Assembly (NCBI RefSeq): GCF_001194135.2
Contig: NC_069007.1
Coordinates: 22,013,094 to 22,076,682, forward strand
DNA from: Octopus bimaculoides
Lineage: Eukaryota
Reading direction: 5' to 3'
DNA length: 63,589 nt
The notes below the pieces were generated by a model. The model did not search any database and was not told where the DNA came from. It worked only from the letters and a program-made list of their open reading frames with translations. Positions 61,352 to 63,589 of the stretch are shown here, piece after piece. Both the position numbers and the translations under genes were made by a program. Each line of letters begins with the position of its first letter. The stretch's first letter is position 1.

Positions 61352-61510
61352 ATCAATCAAGATGTGCGCAGTGACACAGAAGAGGAAGATGATGACGACG
61401 ACTTTATAGATGAGACAGTGCCTACCGTCACCAACCATGTAACATCCAACAACACACCAAAGGCAAAGAGGCGCCTTGTAGACGGTCATAACTCTACTAA
61501 TCAATCTTAA
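61352..61510 (+). CDS. CERS6: CerS exon 10 (acidic cytosolic tail, stop)
   Basis: tgttttag|; INQDVRSDTEEEDDDDDFIDETVPTVTNHVTSNNTPKAKRRLVDGHNSTNQS*; carries the DxRSDxE motif; TAA at 61508-61510. Confidence 0.94.
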   Translation: MNQDVRSDTEEEDDDDDFIDETVPTVTNHVTSNNTPKAKRRLVDGHNSTNQS

Positions 61511-62534
61511 AGAAACACATTTTATCTATATATATATATATATATATATATAAACACACATACATACATACATACATATATAAATAACAAATTTTTCCTT
61601 CAAGAAAGAAAGGAAATCCCCCCCTCCTTATTTTTTATTTCTTTACATTTTTGGGTTTTTTTCCGTGTGACTGTTCTATTTTGTTTCTCCTCATTTTGTT
61701 TATCTTAAATTTATTTTTTAATTTATTACTGAAATTATTGTCATTGTGGTACTTNNNNNNNNNNNNNNNNNNNNNNNNNNNNNNNNNNNNNNNNNNNNNN
61801 NNNNNNNNNNNNNNNNNNNNNNNNNNNNNNNNNNNNNNNNNNNNNNNNNNNNNNNNNNNNNNNNNNNNNNNNNNNNNNNNNNNNNNNNNNNNNNNNNNNN
61901 NNNNNNNNNNNNNNNNNNNNNNNNNNNNNNNNNNNNNNNNNNNNNNNNNNNNNNNNNNNNNNNNNNNNNNNNNNNNNNNNNNNNNNNNNNNNNNNNNNNN
62001 NNNNNNNNNNNNNNNNNNNNNNNNNNNNNNNNNNNNNNNNNNNNNNNNNNNNNNNNNNNNNNNNNNNNNNNNNNNNNNNNATTTTTATATTCCCAGTAAA
62101 TCTCACCTTTTGAGTGACCTGGTGCACAGGGTGATGTGCTGTGGTTGACCTAATGTCTAATGCATCAGGTGCATCTGTTGGCCTGGTGCACTGGCTGTAA
62201 AAAATCTTGGTGAATCACAAATTCAACGATTATTTTTTCTTTGACATTTCTATCATTCCTGAGAAAGCCATGACTATCACAACTTCTTGTTCCTCCTGTG
62301 TCATATCTTAATGATAAGTCCTCTCACCTCTCAATAATTAATGTCAATACTATTAGATTGCAAGGTGACTAGCTGGCAGAATGGTTAAGCATTTCCCTGT
62401 TCTGAGTTCAAATGCTGCCAAGGTTGACTTTGCCTTTCATCCTTTCAGGGTCTATAAAATAAATACCAGTCATGAACTGGTACTTGTTTTATTAACTACC
62501 AAATTTCAGGTCTTTGTGCCTATAATGGAATGGC

Positions 62535-62570
<36 letters not shown>

Positions 62571-63589
62571 CACCGAGGTCAACTTTGCCTTTCATCCTTT
62601 TTGGGGTCGATAAAAATAAGAACCAGTTGAGCAAGCTAGTTATTATTATTATTATAGGACACACGACCCAGTGGTTAGGGTGCTGCACTGACAATCACAA
62701 GATCGTGGTTTCAACTCCTAGACAGGGTGGTGCATTGTGCTCTTGAGCGAAATACTTCATCTGACACTGCTCTGCAATCACTTTCACACCTGACATGTGG
62801 CACACCATGCACCTGTACAGGTAATGTTGGTTTGATGGAGGCAGTGAGCTAATGTATGGCACATTCGTTTGATCGTCAATAAACCAATCCTTTGTGCCGG
62901 TCGTTTGGCAAAGGCTGAACACTCATACATTGTCTTTGACAGAAGAGTACGTCATCATTATTATTATTGAGTGGTGATTTAGCAGGAACAAGAGAGCTGA
63001 AGTAACATAGAGCTCTTTACATCTATTTTGGCTTCAGCGATAAACAGGAGGTATCATGGCAGGGTACATTTGTACCCAGGGCACCCAGTGGGGTATCACA
63101 AAGAGGTAGACATACAGTTCCTAACTGAGTTGTGGGTGTAGAGATAACCTTGCGGTGTCATGTGGGAAATCCTATGAAGGAGTCTGGAAAAGGGTGATAT
63201 AAGGACCATAGAAGGAGCAATTCTCTTTCTATATTGTCCCCGTATCCCAACATGAACTAGATTTCAATGATGTTCCAACAACCTAACGAGGGACTATGAG
63301 TGATTGTACATAGAACATACCTTGCGTTTGTTTTCTTTTGAATATTAAGAAAAGTAAAGGGTGTTTTCTTTCTTTTTCTTTTCCAACCTTATTCCCCCCA
63401 CCCTCTCCTTTATGTCTGCAATAATTTCCTTCTTTTTTTTTTTAATTATTGTTTTTTTTTCTCCTCTAATTATTGAATCAGAAGAAGAGAAAGAAAAAAA
63501 TGCACAATTTTTTTTTTTTAAATTGGTTGTACATGAAGTAAAAATTTGTTAAAATTTATTTTCAAAAATCTATGGAATGTGATTTTGGG

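Larger units (their letters stand above)
12650..61510 (+). other. CERS6: Ceramide synthase gene span (10 coding exons, 388 aa; homeodomain-like region + TLC/Lag1 domain; CerS5/6-like, Schlank-type)
   Basis: Manual splicing of 10 GT-AG exons gives an uninterrupted 1167-nt ORF: MDTDYILQIFWHEKFWLPVGTSW...KKWMRMRR...KFRECSWHLLFY...DIKRKDLKVMIVHH...RIGSLTLIVHDIVD...AAKMAKY...SRLGIYPFW...DVRSDTEEEDD...NQS*. Internal exon sizes 58/51/93/129/107/157 match my recollection of vertebrate CERS5/6. The symbol denotes the closest vertebrate paralogue; invertebrate genes are co-orthologous to CERS2-6. Confidence 0.96.

Noticed and set aside
63305-63312. Pumilio element TGTACATA
   Set aside because: The 3' UTR end is unknown (gap at 61755-62080 and SINEs intervene), so it cannot be placed in the mRNA.

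Overview
This is AT-rich, microsatellite- and retroposon-dense animal genomic DNA from a gapped draft assembly (9 N-gaps). The SINE/LINE families look like those of a coleoid cephalopod, most likely Octopus (inference from recalled repeat sequences, not a database search). One protein-coding gene is well supported: a 10-exon + strand ceramide synthase of the homeodomain-containing CerS2-6/Schlank type. Its CDS is join(12650..12828,53294..53420,54358..54464,56284..56341,57968..58018,58916..59008,59256..59384,59927..60033,60566..60722,61352..61510) = 1167 nt, 388 aa, with all introns GT-AG and phases consistent. Intron 1 is 40,465 bp. Apart from partial CerS exon overlaps and transposon remnants, the six-frame ORF track is microsatellite, gap or chance ORFs. 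The non-coding DNA holds decayed elements from Tc1/mariner, RTE, Penelope, CRE-like, Tx1-like, Helitron, hAT-like and piggyBac-like groups, MITEs, and dozens of SINE copies. I did not find a clearly new biological system. The best leads are a ~99-bp-arm hairpin in intron 4 (candidate ADAR substrate), a CpG/motif-rich island in mid intron 1, divergent CerS residues, a frame-symmetric homeodomain exon pair, and an open NMD-escaping read-through into the last intron.
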